Shown here one piece after another: positions 1-10,401 of a DNA stretch of 32,000 bases (positions are counted from its first letter, which is position 1; the number at the start of each line of letters is the position of its first letter). The notes beneath the pieces were generated by a model, which was not told the origin of the DNA, made no database searches, and was given only the letters and a program-made list of their open reading frames with translations. The DNA is from Xylanibacter ruminicola 23 (lineage in GTDB: Bacteria; Bacteroidota; Bacteroidia; Bacteroidales; Bacteroidaceae), in assembly GCF_000025925.1 (NCBI RefSeq), contig NC_014033.1:480001-512000 (forward strand), read 5' to 3'. The translations under genes were made by a program, and so were the position numbers.

Positions 1-1040
1 TTCATATTCATGTCGCGCACATACTCCAGTTGCTGGCGATTACTCTCGGGTGTGTCGCGCAGGTAGATATCATCGGTCCAACCGGCACCACGCAGCAGCA
101 CGGGCTGTCCATTCAGCGAAAAGGCGCGATAACCCTCGTCGGTGAGGTAGCTTTTTATCTCGCGAATACCAAATCGCACATCTTCGAAATCCGAAATTTT
201 GTGGTCCTCGGCAAACTCAATGTGCAAATCACACAGTTCGGGCTTGCCCATATTGTGGCACCACCACAATTTGGGCTTGTTGATATGTATTTCGGTAGGA
301 CTTACAAAGCGTTTCTTCTCGCCAGGAGCCAGACTTACGCGGTAGTTGAACTTCTGTCCGTCGGCAGTACCCTGCACGGTGCCTTCGACGGGCTTGTCCG
401 ACAGGTTGCGCAGTTCGGTGGCGATGGTGAGCCAGGCCTCGTTCAGCGTTTCGGTGTTTACACGCGAACGTACGGCTGAGTGCGACAGGGCCACATTGCC
501 GCAGGTTTTTACACGCACCTCGCGGTAGATACCCATGTTCTCGTCGGCAGGGCGCGGATTCCAGTCGGCAAAACCGATGTTGGGTTCGCCGGGCTGTGCA
601 CGAAACACCTCAACCTCCAGCTTGTTCTGTTGGGCAATCTCGTTGGTTACATCATACTCAAACTGTCGGAACGCGCCGTACATCTCCTTGCTGTTGGCTA
701 TCTGCTTGCCGTTAAGCCATACGTTGGCGCGGTAGCTGATACCATCGAAGTTCAGCACCGCATGTTCGCCCTCGTTGAGTGGTTGCAGATCGAAAGTGGT
801 GCGGTACTTCCAGCTTTTATCAAACTGTGTTTTGTTAATCCTGGCATAGTCGTCGGCAGTAAGTGCCTCGGGTTCTATGCCGTTGGCAGTGAGCGTACCC
901 ATCAGGGTGCCAGGCACTTGGGCTGGTATCCAACCATCGGGTGTTTCTACCTCCCAGTTCATATCCAATGTCTTATGCTCGGTACATGCAGCAGCCACAA
1001 CCGCCAGCATCCCCGCCGCCAAAATAGTTTTAAGTTTCAT
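1..1040 (-). CDS. Glycoside hydrolase family 2 lipoprotein (beta-mannosidase / exo-beta-D-glucosaminidase-like); C-terminal part lies beyond the window start
   Basis: Absent from the ORF track because it has no stop in the window. The reverse complement from the ATG at 1040 appeared open to position 1 when I hand-translated it, with the frame re-checked only at 841-1040 and 481-540. It reads MKLKTILAAGMLAVVAAAC (lipobox), then QVPGTLMGTLTANGI, NFDGISYRANVWLNGKQI, ENMGIYREVRVK and LWWCHNMGKPELC, typical of GH2 N-terminal domains. The + strand ORFs 30..479 and 480..1118 are antisense shadows. Confidence 0.8.
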   Translation of the reverse strand, partial: MKLKTILAAGMLAVVAAACTEHKTLDMNWEVETPDGWIPAQVPGTLMGTLTANGIEPEALTADDYARINKTQFDKSWKYRTTFDLQPLNEGEHAVLNFDGISYRANVWLNGKQIANSKEMYGAFRQFEYDVTNEIAQQNKLEVEVFRAQPGEPNIGFADWNPRPADENMGIYREVRVKTCGNVALSHSAVRSRVNTETLNEAWLTIATELRNLSDKPVEGTVQGTADGQKFNYRVSLAPGEKKRFVSPTEIHINKPKLWWCHNMGKPELCDLHIEFAEDHKISDFEDVRFGIREIKSYLTDEGYRAFSLNGQPVLLRGAGWTDDIYLRDTPESNRQQLEYVRDMNM

Positions 1041-1126
1041 ATTTTAATGTTAATACTTCGTATTGAGCCTGCTCACGCTCGACAAAGCCCAAGCAAGCTT
1101 GGCTCTGTTCTCGCTTAATCGCAGCC

Positions 1127-1160
1127 TTTAATGTTAATGTTTAATGTTTAATGTTTAATG
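1127..1160. repeat. Tandem heptamer array: TTTAATG / TTAATG / TTTAATG x3
   Basis: Read directly: tttaatg ttaatg tttaatg tttaatg tttaatg. The last two codons and the stop of the ROK gene (TTA CAT TAA on the minus strand) lie inside it. Confidence 0.95.
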
Positions 1161-1979
1161 TAAAGCTGCGGCTCCCAGCATGGCAGCGTTTGGTAAGGTT
1201 GATGGCTGGATGCGGGTGGCAGCTACGTTCTCGGGGTAGGGGAAGGTGCTGAGCTGCTGGCGCATGGGCGCTTCGTAAAGTGCGAATGCGTTGGCTATGC
1301 CGCCACCGATGATGATGGCTTCGGGGGCATAGGTAAACAGCACCGCCTTCATCAGGTTGCCCACATGCGTGCCAAACTCCTGCCACACAGCCAGCGCCTC
1401 CTTGTCGCCAGCCAAAGCCAACTTGGCAAAGTTAGCACCTGTGTCGCCATGCAGCTTACTGAAGAATCGGCTACTGCAGTAAAACTCGTAGTCGGCATCC
1501 AGATAGGGCAGCGAACCTATCTCGCCAGCCCCCGTGTTCACGCCGTTATACAGTTTGCCATCGATGATGATACCTGCGCCAATGCCGGTACCTATCGTCA
1601 GGCCCACCATATTCTGCGTGCCCTTGCCCTCGCCATAGCGCCAGGCACCCAAGGCAAAGCAGTTGGCATCGTTGTTAACGGCTACGGGCACACTAAAGTC
1701 GTTTTCGAGAATCTCCTTCAGGTGTACCTCCTGCCACGAGGGGATATTGGCCACATTATATACGATGCCCTGCTGGCAATCTACCACCGAAGGCACACCC
1801 ACACCAATGCCCGTTACCTCGGGGCGCATCAGCTGGGAAATCTGTCGCTTCAGTTGGGCAAGCACCACCTCCTCGGGCTCCTGTGCGGGGCAGGGCTCTA
1901 TCACGGTATCAACCACCGTGGCGCCATCGGTCAGTCCAACACGCATGTTGGTACCGCCTAAATCAATCGCTATTTTCAT
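1155..1979 (-). CDS. ROK-family sugar kinase (glucokinase / N-acetylhexosamine kinase-like)
   Basis: N-terminal MKIAIDLGGTNMRVGL ATP-binding motif; GTGIGAGIIIDGKLYNG and GEIG motifs typical of ROK kinases. No N-terminal HTH, so a kinase rather than a repressor. Confidence 0.85.
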   Translation of the reverse strand: MKIAIDLGGTNMRVGLTDGATVVDTVIEPCPAQEPEEVVLAQLKRQISQLMRPEVTGIGVGVPSVVDCQQGIVYNVANIPSWQEVHLKEILENDFSVPVAVNNDANCFALGAWRYGEGKGTQNMVGLTIGTGIGAGIIIDGKLYNGVNTGAGEIGSLPYLDADYEFYCSSRFFSKLHGDTGANFAKLALAGDKEALAVWQEFGTHVGNLMKAVLFTYAPEAIIIGGGIANAFALYEAPMRQQLSTFPYPENVAATRIQPSTLPNAAMLGAAALH

Positions 1980-3273
1980 CTTTATAGGTTACGTTTGCTT
2001 GTTTCAAAATGTTACGATAATAGGCCGAAACATCCTTCCAATGGTAGAAGGGGTAGCAGTCGGTCTGGATGGGGATGGATGTCTCGTTCTCGTTCATCAG
2101 GAATTTAACCAGGATATCATCCGAGCCCTGCTTGCGGAAGAAGATAAGCTGCACGTTACCTGCCATGGGGATGAGTCGGAACAGGGCAAATGTGTTATGC
2201 AGATTCTCCATATCCTGCGTGCCACCCAGAGCCTCTTTCATACCTAATATATATGAGAAAGGTAGCAGCACGCTGTCGTGACCGAAGCGCAGGCGCACCT
2301 GTTTCTTACCCGAAGCTATCATGAGGTCGGCCTCGTCGAGGAAGTTCTTCAGCAGCGGATAGATGGCGTAGTAGTTGGGGCGCGAACCAGGCATCAATCC
2401 CTCCCACAGGCACCAGCTGGCATTGTAAACATAAAAGCCGTCGATAAGTTCGTCGGTGGTAAACAGGTCGTTGAACGACAGATTCAACTCGGGCAGACAA
2501 TGCATGTTCGAGGCGATGTTCCACAAGCCATCGGCCAGCTTGTAGCCATCCACAAATCCTTCCAGTTGTTTGGAATCCTTAAACAGCATCTGCATCTGGT
2601 AGCGTCCGTTCAGCTTTTCGTGGCGGAACTTGTCCAGCTTGTCGTACAGATGTCCGTCGATACCTTTCTTGGGGATGAAAATACTGTCGTTGGGTATCAG
2701 GTAGTACATATCGTGTTCGCTGGCATCCATTGTGATGCTGAGCTTTGGATTCATGCTCTTCAGTTCCTGACAGAAGTTGGCCATCGAGAGCATGCAGCGA
2801 CGAACGGTTGATGAGTTGGCTTTTACCTCAACGGGCTGCATCAGTAGCTGTGGGTAGTTGGTAGCCAGTCGGTGGGCTATGCCCTGATGCTGTCGGGCAC
2901 CCAGCTTAGTCAGGTCGCCATCGCGATGCCATGCATCGGCAGCAGCCAGTTTTATACGTTGCAGCACCTCTACGCCTTTGGGTGTAAGCCAGCCGCGCGC
3001 CTGGGCGGTATCCATCTTGCCAATCACGTATTTGTAGGCATTGTCGTCGGTCATATAACGGGCACCGTGACGGCCGTAATGACTCACGTAGAATGGTTCG
3101 TAACCTGCAGGTGCGGGTGTTACTGTTCCCTTGGGCAGAGGGTAATTACAATAGTTGCCGGTAGCCAACTCCATGTTAGCCAACAGTTCGGCCTTTGATG
3201 TCTGGGCCTGCATGGGCGCACAGAGCATCGTAGCTGTAAAAGCACAGATAAAGGTTTGTTTTAAATGATTCAT
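1963..3273 (-). CDS. Secreted histidine-phosphatase superfamily (branch 2, histidine acid phosphatase / phytase-like) protein
   Basis: Signal peptide MNHLKQTFICAFTATMLCAPMQAQT. Catalytic RHGxRxx motif (YGRHGARYM) and downstream HD motif (RFGHDSVLLPF). Overlaps the ROK start by 17 nt. Confidence 0.75.
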   Translation of the reverse strand: MNHLKQTFICAFTATMLCAPMQAQTSKAELLANMELATGNYCNYPLPKGTVTPAPAGYEPFYVSHYGRHGARYMTDDNAYKYVIGKMDTAQARGWLTPKGVEVLQRIKLAAADAWHRDGDLTKLGARQHQGIAHRLATNYPQLLMQPVEVKANSSTVRRCMLSMANFCQELKSMNPKLSITMDASEHDMYYLIPNDSIFIPKKGIDGHLYDKLDKFRHEKLNGRYQMQMLFKDSKQLEGFVDGYKLADGLWNIASNMHCLPELNLSFNDLFTTDELIDGFYVYNASWCLWEGLMPGSRPNYYAIYPLLKNFLDEADLMIASGKKQVRLRFGHDSVLLPFSYILGMKEALGGTQDMENLHNTFALFRLIPMAGNVQLIFFRKQGSDDILVKFLMNENETSIPIQTDCYPFYHWKDVSAYYRNILKQANVTYKDENSD

Positions 3274-3302
3274 AAACTGTTTTGAATAGTTGATTTGTGG
3301 CG

Positions 3303-3310
3303 CAAATATA
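3303..3310 (-). promoter_or_regulatory. Bacteroidetes -7 promoter box TATATTTG (TAnnTTTG) for the phosphatase-ROK-GH2 cluster
   Basis: caaatata on the + strand equals TATATTTG on the - strand, 30 nt upstream of the ATG at 3273. Confidence 0.5.
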
Positions 3311-3353
3311 CATTATTTTTCTATAAGGTGGTGCATTTTTTTAGTTTTTTTTG

Positions 3354-3361
3354 TATCTTTG
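3354..3361 (+). promoter_or_regulatory. Bacteroidetes -7 promoter box TATCTTTG
   Basis: Matches TAnnTTTG, 33 nt upstream of the ATG at 3394. Confidence 0.5.
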
Positions 3362-3393
3362 CCGCCACATTATATTAATAAGGTATAAAGATT

Positions 3394-4161
3394 ATGAAGA
3401 TAGCGATTGTACAACACGATATACCCAGTAGCAATTTTTTTAATAATATGGACCGTTTGGATCCGTTGTTAAATCAGCAGCCGGGTGCCGATATGTATGT
3501 GTTGCCAGAAACCTTTGCCACAGGTTTTATGGCCGAGGGCTATGTAGGTGGGGTGGGTGCTCCGGCTCACTTTATGTTGCAGTGGATGGCGTACCAGGCC
3601 ATGCTGCATAATGCCGCCATAGTAGGTAGTGTGGCAAAAAAAGATACAGAGGGATTGCTGCGTAATCGCTTGATTTTTATGCATCCTGATGGCAAGTACG
3701 ACTATTACGATAAGCGCCATTTGTTTACGTATGCTGGCGAAACAAAGGATTATGTGCCAGGCGATCGCCGTGTGGTAGTAGAGTGGGGTGGTGTGCGTTT
3801 CCTGCTGCAGGTGTGCTACGATTTGCGATTCCCGGTGTTTTCGCGTTCGCGTGGCGATTACGACGCCATCATCTATGTAGCCAACTGGCCCGAACAGCGT
3901 CAGGATGCCTGGCAAACGCTGCTGAAGGCACGTGCCATCGAGAATCAGTGCTATGTGATAGGCGTAAACCGTGTGGGTAGCGATGCTGCTTGTAAGTATA
4001 TTGGTGGTTCGGTGGTGATTGATGCCTATGGCCGCACCATCGCCCAGTGTGCCGATGGTGAGGAGGGTATTGCTACCGTTGAACTCGACATGGAACAGCT
4101 GCAGCGTTTCCGTAAGAAGTTCCCTGTGCTGGACGATGCCGACGAGTTTAATGTTCTCTGA
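3394..4161 (+). CDS. Carbon-nitrogen hydrolase (nitrilase superfamily) amidohydrolase, omega-amidase/YafV-like
   Basis: E-K-C triad context: VLPETF (Glu), DKRHLF (Lys), QVCYDLRFP (Cys). About 255 aa, the typical size. Confidence 0.8.
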   Translation: MKIAIVQHDIPSSNFFNNMDRLDPLLNQQPGADMYVLPETFATGFMAEGYVGGVGAPAHFMLQWMAYQAMLHNAAIVGSVAKKDTEGLLRNRLIFMHPDGKYDYYDKRHLFTYAGETKDYVPGDRRVVVEWGGVRFLLQVCYDLRFPVFSRSRGDYDAIIYVANWPEQRQDAWQTLLKARAIENQCYVIGVNRVGSDAACKYIGGSVVIDAYGRTIAQCADGEEGIATVELDMEQLQRFRKKFPVLDDADEFNVL

Positions 4162-5044
4162 TGCTTTTTGGTTCTACGTGTACCGATATGTGGGTTTCCT
4201 TGCCGTAGTGTTCGCGTAGGATATTCTCCACTTCTTCGCTTTTGTTGTGAGCCTCGCGCAAACTGATGTCGTCGTCCATCAGTATGTGCAGTTCTATGGC
4301 GTAATGATTGCCTATTCGGCGCGTGTGCAGATCGTGTGGCTCTGTAACGCCAGGTATCGATCCTGCCAGCTGCAGAATCTCGCTCTCAACCTCATCGGGC
4401 AGCGAATGCTCCATCAGGTCGCCAATGCCATTACGCAGCAGGTCTATCGCCACCTTAATAATAAATAGGCCCACGATGATACCTGCCATGGGATCGAGCA
4501 CCGTCCATCGTTCACCTAAGAAGATGGCGCCACCAATGCCGATGGCTGTGCCTATACTCGACAGGGCATCGCTGCGGTGATGCCAGGCGTTGGCCTCTAC
4601 TGCCTGCGAGTTCAGCTTGCGGGCCTGCACCATCGAGTAGTGGAACACCGCCTCCTTGAGTACAATCGAAAGAAGTGCAGCCCATAGCGCCAGCATGCCT
4701 GGTGCCTCTAAGGTGCCGCCCTGTGCCCAATGGATAATTTTGGTGAGTGCGCTGTACACAATACCTACGGCTACTATCAGTAGTGCCAACCCAATCAGTG
4801 TGGTGGCCAGCGTTTCGTATTTACCATGCCCGTACTCGTGCGATTTGTCGGTAGGTTTGCCGCTGATGCGCACAAACACCAGCACGATGATATCTGTGAC
4901 AAAGTCGGACAGCGAGTGCACCGCATCGGCAATCATTGCCGCACTATGTCCCACAATGCCCGCCACAAACTTAAACAGCAGTAGCACCACATTTACCGCG
5001 CCACCCACCATTGTTACCTTATATATCTCTTTATTTCTTTTCAT
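4148..5044 (-). CDS. Cation diffusion facilitator (CDF) family divalent-metal efflux transporter
   Basis: HSLSDFVTD and HHRSDALSS metal-site motifs in TM2/TM5, plus a C-terminal cytoplasmic domain. I place the start at MKRNKE (5044); the track start at 5074 adds an unlikely MLSIYYFCTT extension. Its 3' end overlaps the nitrilase 3' end by 14 nt. Confidence 0.8.
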   Translation of the reverse strand: MKRNKEIYKVTMVGGAVNVVLLLFKFVAGIVGHSAAMIADAVHSLSDFVTDIIVLVFVRISGKPTDKSHEYGHGKYETLATTLIGLALLIVAVGIVYSALTKIIHWAQGGTLEAPGMLALWAALLSIVLKEAVFHYSMVQARKLNSQAVEANAWHHRSDALSSIGTAIGIGGAIFLGERWTVLDPMAGIIVGLFIIKVAIDLLRNGIGDLMEHSLPDEVESEILQLAGSIPGVTEPHDLHTRRIGNHYAIELHILMDDDISLREAHNKSEEVENILREHYGKETHISVHVEPKSIREH

Positions 5045-5121
5045 TGTAGTGCAAAAGTAGTAAATTGATAGCAAATAGCAAAAAAAACTGCGATTTATTT
5101 GTCAGATAGAAATAAAAACAT

Positions 5122-5129
5122 TACTTTTG
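5122..5129 (+). promoter_or_regulatory. Bacteroidetes -7 promoter box TACTTTTG for the thi operon
   Basis: Matches TAnnTTTG, about 17 nt upstream of the riboswitch P1 stem. Confidence 0.55.
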
Positions 5130-5145
5130 CAGCGCAAAATTAAAT

Positions 5146-5222
5146 ATTCGGGGTGCTGAGGCATGTGCCAAAGCTGAGAAAATACCCATAGAACCTGATA
5201 CGGGTAATGCCGTCGGAGGAAT
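5146..5222 (+). promoter_or_regulatory. TPP (THI-box) riboswitch
   Basis: attcGGGGTGCtgaggc...aagCTGAGAaaatACCCatagaACCTGATacGGgTAATgCCgtcGgaggaat matches the conserved THI element cores (GGGGUGC, CUGAGA, ACCUGAU...UAAUGCC). P1 is attc/gaat. It sits directly upstream of thiS. Confidence 0.92.
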
Positions 5223-5227
5223 GCAAT

Positions 5228-5425
5228 ATGAAAGTAAGGATTAACAACAAACAACACGAGACGCAAGCCAAAACTGTATCCGAGCTTGCCGCCCAATTGC
5301 AGTTGCCCGCCAAAGGTGTGGCAATAGCTATCGATAATGAGTTGAAACCGCGCACTACTTGGGATGACACCATCCTGCAAGAGGGCGCCACTATCACTAT
5401 TATCAAAGCTGCATGCGGGGGGTAA
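5228..5425 (+). CDS. thiS: Sulfur-carrier protein ThiS
   Basis: 65 aa, MKVRINNK..., ending in the diagnostic C-terminal GG (KAACGG). The track start at 5207 lies inside the riboswitch aptamer, so I rejected it. Confidence 0.9.
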   Translation: MKVRINNKQHETQAKTVSELAAQLQLPAKGVAIAIDNELKPRTTWDDTILQEGATITIIKAACGG

Positions 5426-5430
5426 GGGCT

Positions 5431-6051
5431 ATGTTACAGTTTATATCTCACTACACTGATAAGTATAGCTATCTGGACAGCATCCGTCTTGCCTTGCAGG
5501 GTGGTTGCCGATGGATACAGCTGCGCATGAAGGACGCTACCGACGATGAGGTGCGCCCTGTTGCGATTGAGGCCCAGAAGCTATGTAAGCAGTATGGCGC
5601 TACGTTTATTATCGACGATCGCGTGGCATTAGTAAAGGAGTTGCAGGCCGATGGTGTGCATCTGGGTAAGAACGATATGCCCATTAGCGAGGCACGCCGC
5701 CAGTTAGGCCCCGATTATATCATAGGTGGAACAGCTAACACCATCTGGGATGTAAAAGCCCACTATGCGGCTGGTGCCGACTACATTGGCTGTGGCCCCT
5801 TCCGCTTTACTACCACCAAGCAGAAGTTGTCGCCGGTATTAGGACTGGATGGCTACCGACGGATTATTATCGAGATGCGTGCGGCGCATATCGACATACC
5901 CATTGTGGCTATCGGCGGTATTACCAAGGACGATATACCCGCCATACTGGCAACCGGCATCACCGGCATTGCCCTGAGTGGTACGGTGCTAAGGGCTGCG
6001 AACCCCATTGACGAAATGAAACACTTAACAAACATAGTTAATCATGAGTAA
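5431..6051 (+). CDS. thiE: Thiamine-phosphate synthase
   Basis: [28 protein letters not shown] and VAIGGIT motifs typical of ThiE. ATG 5431 follows the thiS stop by 5 nt. The track start at 5413 overlaps thiS. Confidence 0.85.
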   Translation: MLQFISHYTDKYSYLDSIRLALQGGCRWIQLRMKDATDDEVRPVAIEAQKLCKQYGATFIIDDRVALVKELQADGVHLGKNDMPISEARRQLGPDYIIGGTANTIWDVKAHYAAGADYIGCGPFRFTTTKQKLSPVLGLDGYRRIIIEMRAAHIDIPIVAIGGITKDDIPAILATGITGIALSGTVLRAANPIDEMKHLTNIVNHE

Positions 6052-6804
6052 ATTAGTAATTGCAGGACGGGAGTTTAACTCTCGTTTGTTTCTGGGCACA
6101 GGCAAGTTTAACAACAATGTGCTGATGGCCCAGGCTATCGAGGCTTCGGGATCGGAGATGGTTACCGTTGCCATGAAACGTGTGGAACTCGACGACAAGA
6201 ACGACGATTTGCTGACACACATCACCCAGAACCCACGTATACAACTGCTACCCAATACCTCGGGTGTGCGTAATGCTGAAGAGGCGGTGTTTGCTGCCCA
6301 GATGGCCCGCGAGGCCTTTGGCACCAACTGGTTGAAGTTGGAGATACACCCCGACCCACGCTACTTGTTGCCCGACTCGGTTGAGACGCTGAAGGCCACC
6401 GAGCAGTTGGTAAAACTGGGCTTTGTGGTGCTGCCATACTGCCAGGCCGACCCTACGCTGTGTAAGCATCTGGAAGAGGCTGGTGCGGCTACGGTGATGC
6501 CACTGGCTGCCCCCATCGGTACCAACAAGGGTTTGAGAATGAAGGATTTTCTGCAGATTATCATCGACCAGGCCACGGTGCCTGTAGTGGTTGATGCCGG
6601 TATTGGTGCCCCCAGTCATGCTGCCGAGGCCATGGAGATGGGTGCCGACTGCGTGCTGGTGAATACCGCCATTGCCGTTGCAGGCGATCCCGTAAAAATG
6701 GCTGATGCCTTCCGTCAGGCTGTCATCGCCGGTCGCCAGGCCTTCGAGGCAGGCTTAGGAGCCATCGCCGATTGCGCCGAAGCTTCGAGCCCACTCACGG
6801 CGTT

Positions 6805-6817
<13 letters not shown>
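6044..6817 (+). CDS. thiG: Thiazole synthase
   Basis: 257 aa. [13 protein letters not shown]-terminus, TVAMKRV, LLPNTSG and [13 protein letters not shown] motifs. ATGAGTAA-type 8-nt overlap with thiE. Confidence 0.9.
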
Positions 6818-8458
<1,641 letters not shown>

Positions 8459-8461
<3 letters not shown>

Positions 8462-9259
8462 GAACTAACGAGTGAACAATGTAGGCGTTATAACCGCCAC
8501 TTGATACTGGAAGGTTTCGGACCTGAGGCACAAAGCAAACTGCTGCAGGCCAAGGTGCTGCTGGTGGGGGCAGGGGGCTTAGGCTCGCCTGTGGCCCTGT
8601 ATCTGGCAGCAGCTGGTGTGGGCACCATCGGTGTGGTGGATGGCGATACCGTGAGTATAACCAACCTGCAGCGCCAGGTGCTGCACAGCACTCCCGATGT
8701 GGGGCGCCCCAAGGTGGATGTGGCCAAGGAGCGCATGCTGGCCATCAACCCCGATGTGCATGTGGAGACCTACGAATACTATCTGAGCGAGACCAATGCC
8801 ATGGAGCTGATTAAGCCCTACGATTTTGTGATCGACGGTACCGACAACTTTGCCCCCAAGTATCTGGTAAACGATGCCTGCGTGATGCTTAACAAGGCCT
8901 TTACCATGGGTGGTATCAGCAAATATAGCGGACAGCTGATGACCCATGTGCCTGGTTCGGCCTGCTACCGTTGCCTGTTCCCCGAGCCCCCTGCCAAGCA
9001 GGATGTGGAGACCTGCGCCATGGTGGGCGTGTTAGGCTCGATAGCCGGCATGTTAGGTACCGTGCAGGCCACCGAGTGCTTGAAATACTTAGCTGGGGTG
9101 GGCCAGTTGCTCACCAACAGTATGCTTACCTTCGATGCCCTCAGCATGCAGTGGCAGCGCTTCGACTTTGGCAAGCGTGAAAGCTGCGAACTCTGTGGCA
9201 CTCATCCTTCGATACACCAGTTGAAGGAGTATGCTTTCAAACCCTGTAAATCAAAATAA
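8459..9259 (+). CDS. thiF: ThiF/MoeB/HesA-family adenylyltransferase (ThiS-activating E1-like enzyme)
   Basis: RYNRHLIL, the LLVGAGGLGSP nucleotide-binding loop, and two CxxC pairs (CYRC, CELC). Operon context with thiS. Confidence 0.85.
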
Positions 9260-9267
9260 ACGAAAAA

Positions 9268-10401
9268 ATGTTTAGTGACGAACTTAAAAACATTAGTTGG
9301 CAGGAAACCACCGAGCGCATAGCCAGCATGACCGATGCCGATGTGCGCCGCGCCTTAGGCAAGAGTCGCTGCGATGTGAACGACTTTATGGCCCTGCTAT
9401 CGCCTGCAGCCGAACCTTACTTAGAGCAGATGGCCCGACTCTCGCGTAAATACACCGAGGAGCGTTTCGGGCGCACCATGTCGATGTTTATCCCGCTGTA
9501 TATCACCAACTCGTGTTCCAACTCGTGTGTGTACTGCGGCTTTCATCGCGAAAACCCTATGGCACGCACCATCCTGACACCCGAACAGATTGAGGACGAG
9601 TACCGTGCCATCAAGCAGTTGGCACCTTTCGAGAACATCCTGCTGGTAACCGGCGAGAATCCAGCCAAGGCGGGAGTGCCTTATCTGGCAAAAGCTATCG
9701 ATATTGCCAAGCGCTACTTCTCGAACATCAAGATCGAGGTGATGCCGCTGAAGATGGAGGAATACCGCGAGCTGACCCACCACGGACTGAACGGTGTGAT
9801 CTGCTTTCAGGAAACCTACAACCGCGAGCACTACCAGCTGTACCACCCACGCGGCATGAAGAGCCGTTTTGAATGGCGTTGCGACGGGTTCGACCGTATG
9901 GGGCAGGCTGGCGTACACTCTATCGGTATGGGTGTGCTTATCGGTCTGGAGAAAGAGTGGCGCACCGATGTGACGATGATGGCGCACCACCTGCGCTATC
10001 TGCAGAAGCACTACTGGCGCACCAAGTACAGCATTAACTTCCCCCGTATGCGCCCGGCCCAGAACGAGGGATTCCAGCCCAACTGTTTTATGACTGATCG
10101 CGAACTGGCACAAGCCACGTTTGCCATGCGTATCTTCGACCACGATGTCGACATCTCGTACAGCACCCGCGAACCCGCTTACATCCGCGACAACATGTGT
10201 ACCTTAGGTGTAACCACCATGTCGGCCGAGAGCCATGTGAACCCTGGTGGCTACCACACCTATCCACAGGCTTTGGAGCAGTTTACGGTTAGCGATGAGC
10301 GTACGGCTAAGGTGATTAACACCCGATTGAAGGAACTGGGTCGCGAGCCCGTTTGGAAGGATTGGGATGCCTCGTTCGACATGTGTAAAAAGTGTGTATG
10401 A
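9268..10401 (+). CDS. thiH: 2-iminoacetate synthase (tyrosine lyase), radical SAM
   Basis: CSNSCVYCGF radical-SAM CxxxCxxC motif; 377 aa; thi operon context. Confidence 0.88.
   Translation: MFSDELKNISWQETTERIASMTDADVRRALGKSRCDVNDFMALLSPAAEPYLEQMARLSRKYTEERFGRTMSMFIPLYITNSCSNSCVYCGFHRENPMARTILTPEQIEDEYRAIKQLAPFENILLVTGENPAKAGVPYLAKAIDIAKRYFSNIKIEVMPLKMEEYRELTHHGLNGVICFQETYNREHYQLYHPRGMKSRFEWRCDGFDRMGQAGVHSIGMGVLIGLEKEWRTDVTMMAHHLRYLQKHYWRTKYSINFPRMRPAQNEGFQPNCFMTDRELAQATFAMRIFDHDVDISYSTREPAYIRDNMCTLGVTTMSAESHVNPGGYHTYPQALEQFTVSDERTAKVINTRLKELGREPVWKDWDASFDMCKKCV

Noticed and set aside
30-1118. Two plus-strand ORFs (149 aa and 212 aa) at the left edge
   Set aside because: The minus strand appears to be one continuous open frame from the ATG at 1040 to the window edge (hand translation, spot-checked), with a lipobox and GH2 motifs. 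The plus-strand ORFs use TTG/GTG starts and have no motifs.
5207-5227. Upstream ATG start for thiS (MPSEECN...)
   Set aside because: This ATG is inside the conserved UAAUGCC core of the TPP aptamer. MKVRINNK at 5228 gives a canonical 65-aa ThiS.
9421-10143. 240-aa minus-strand ORF inside thiH, and similar ones at 1365..1961, 19169..19615 and 26484..27224
   Set aside because: All are antisense to confidently assigned genes. They have no motifs and the compositional bias of shadow frames.
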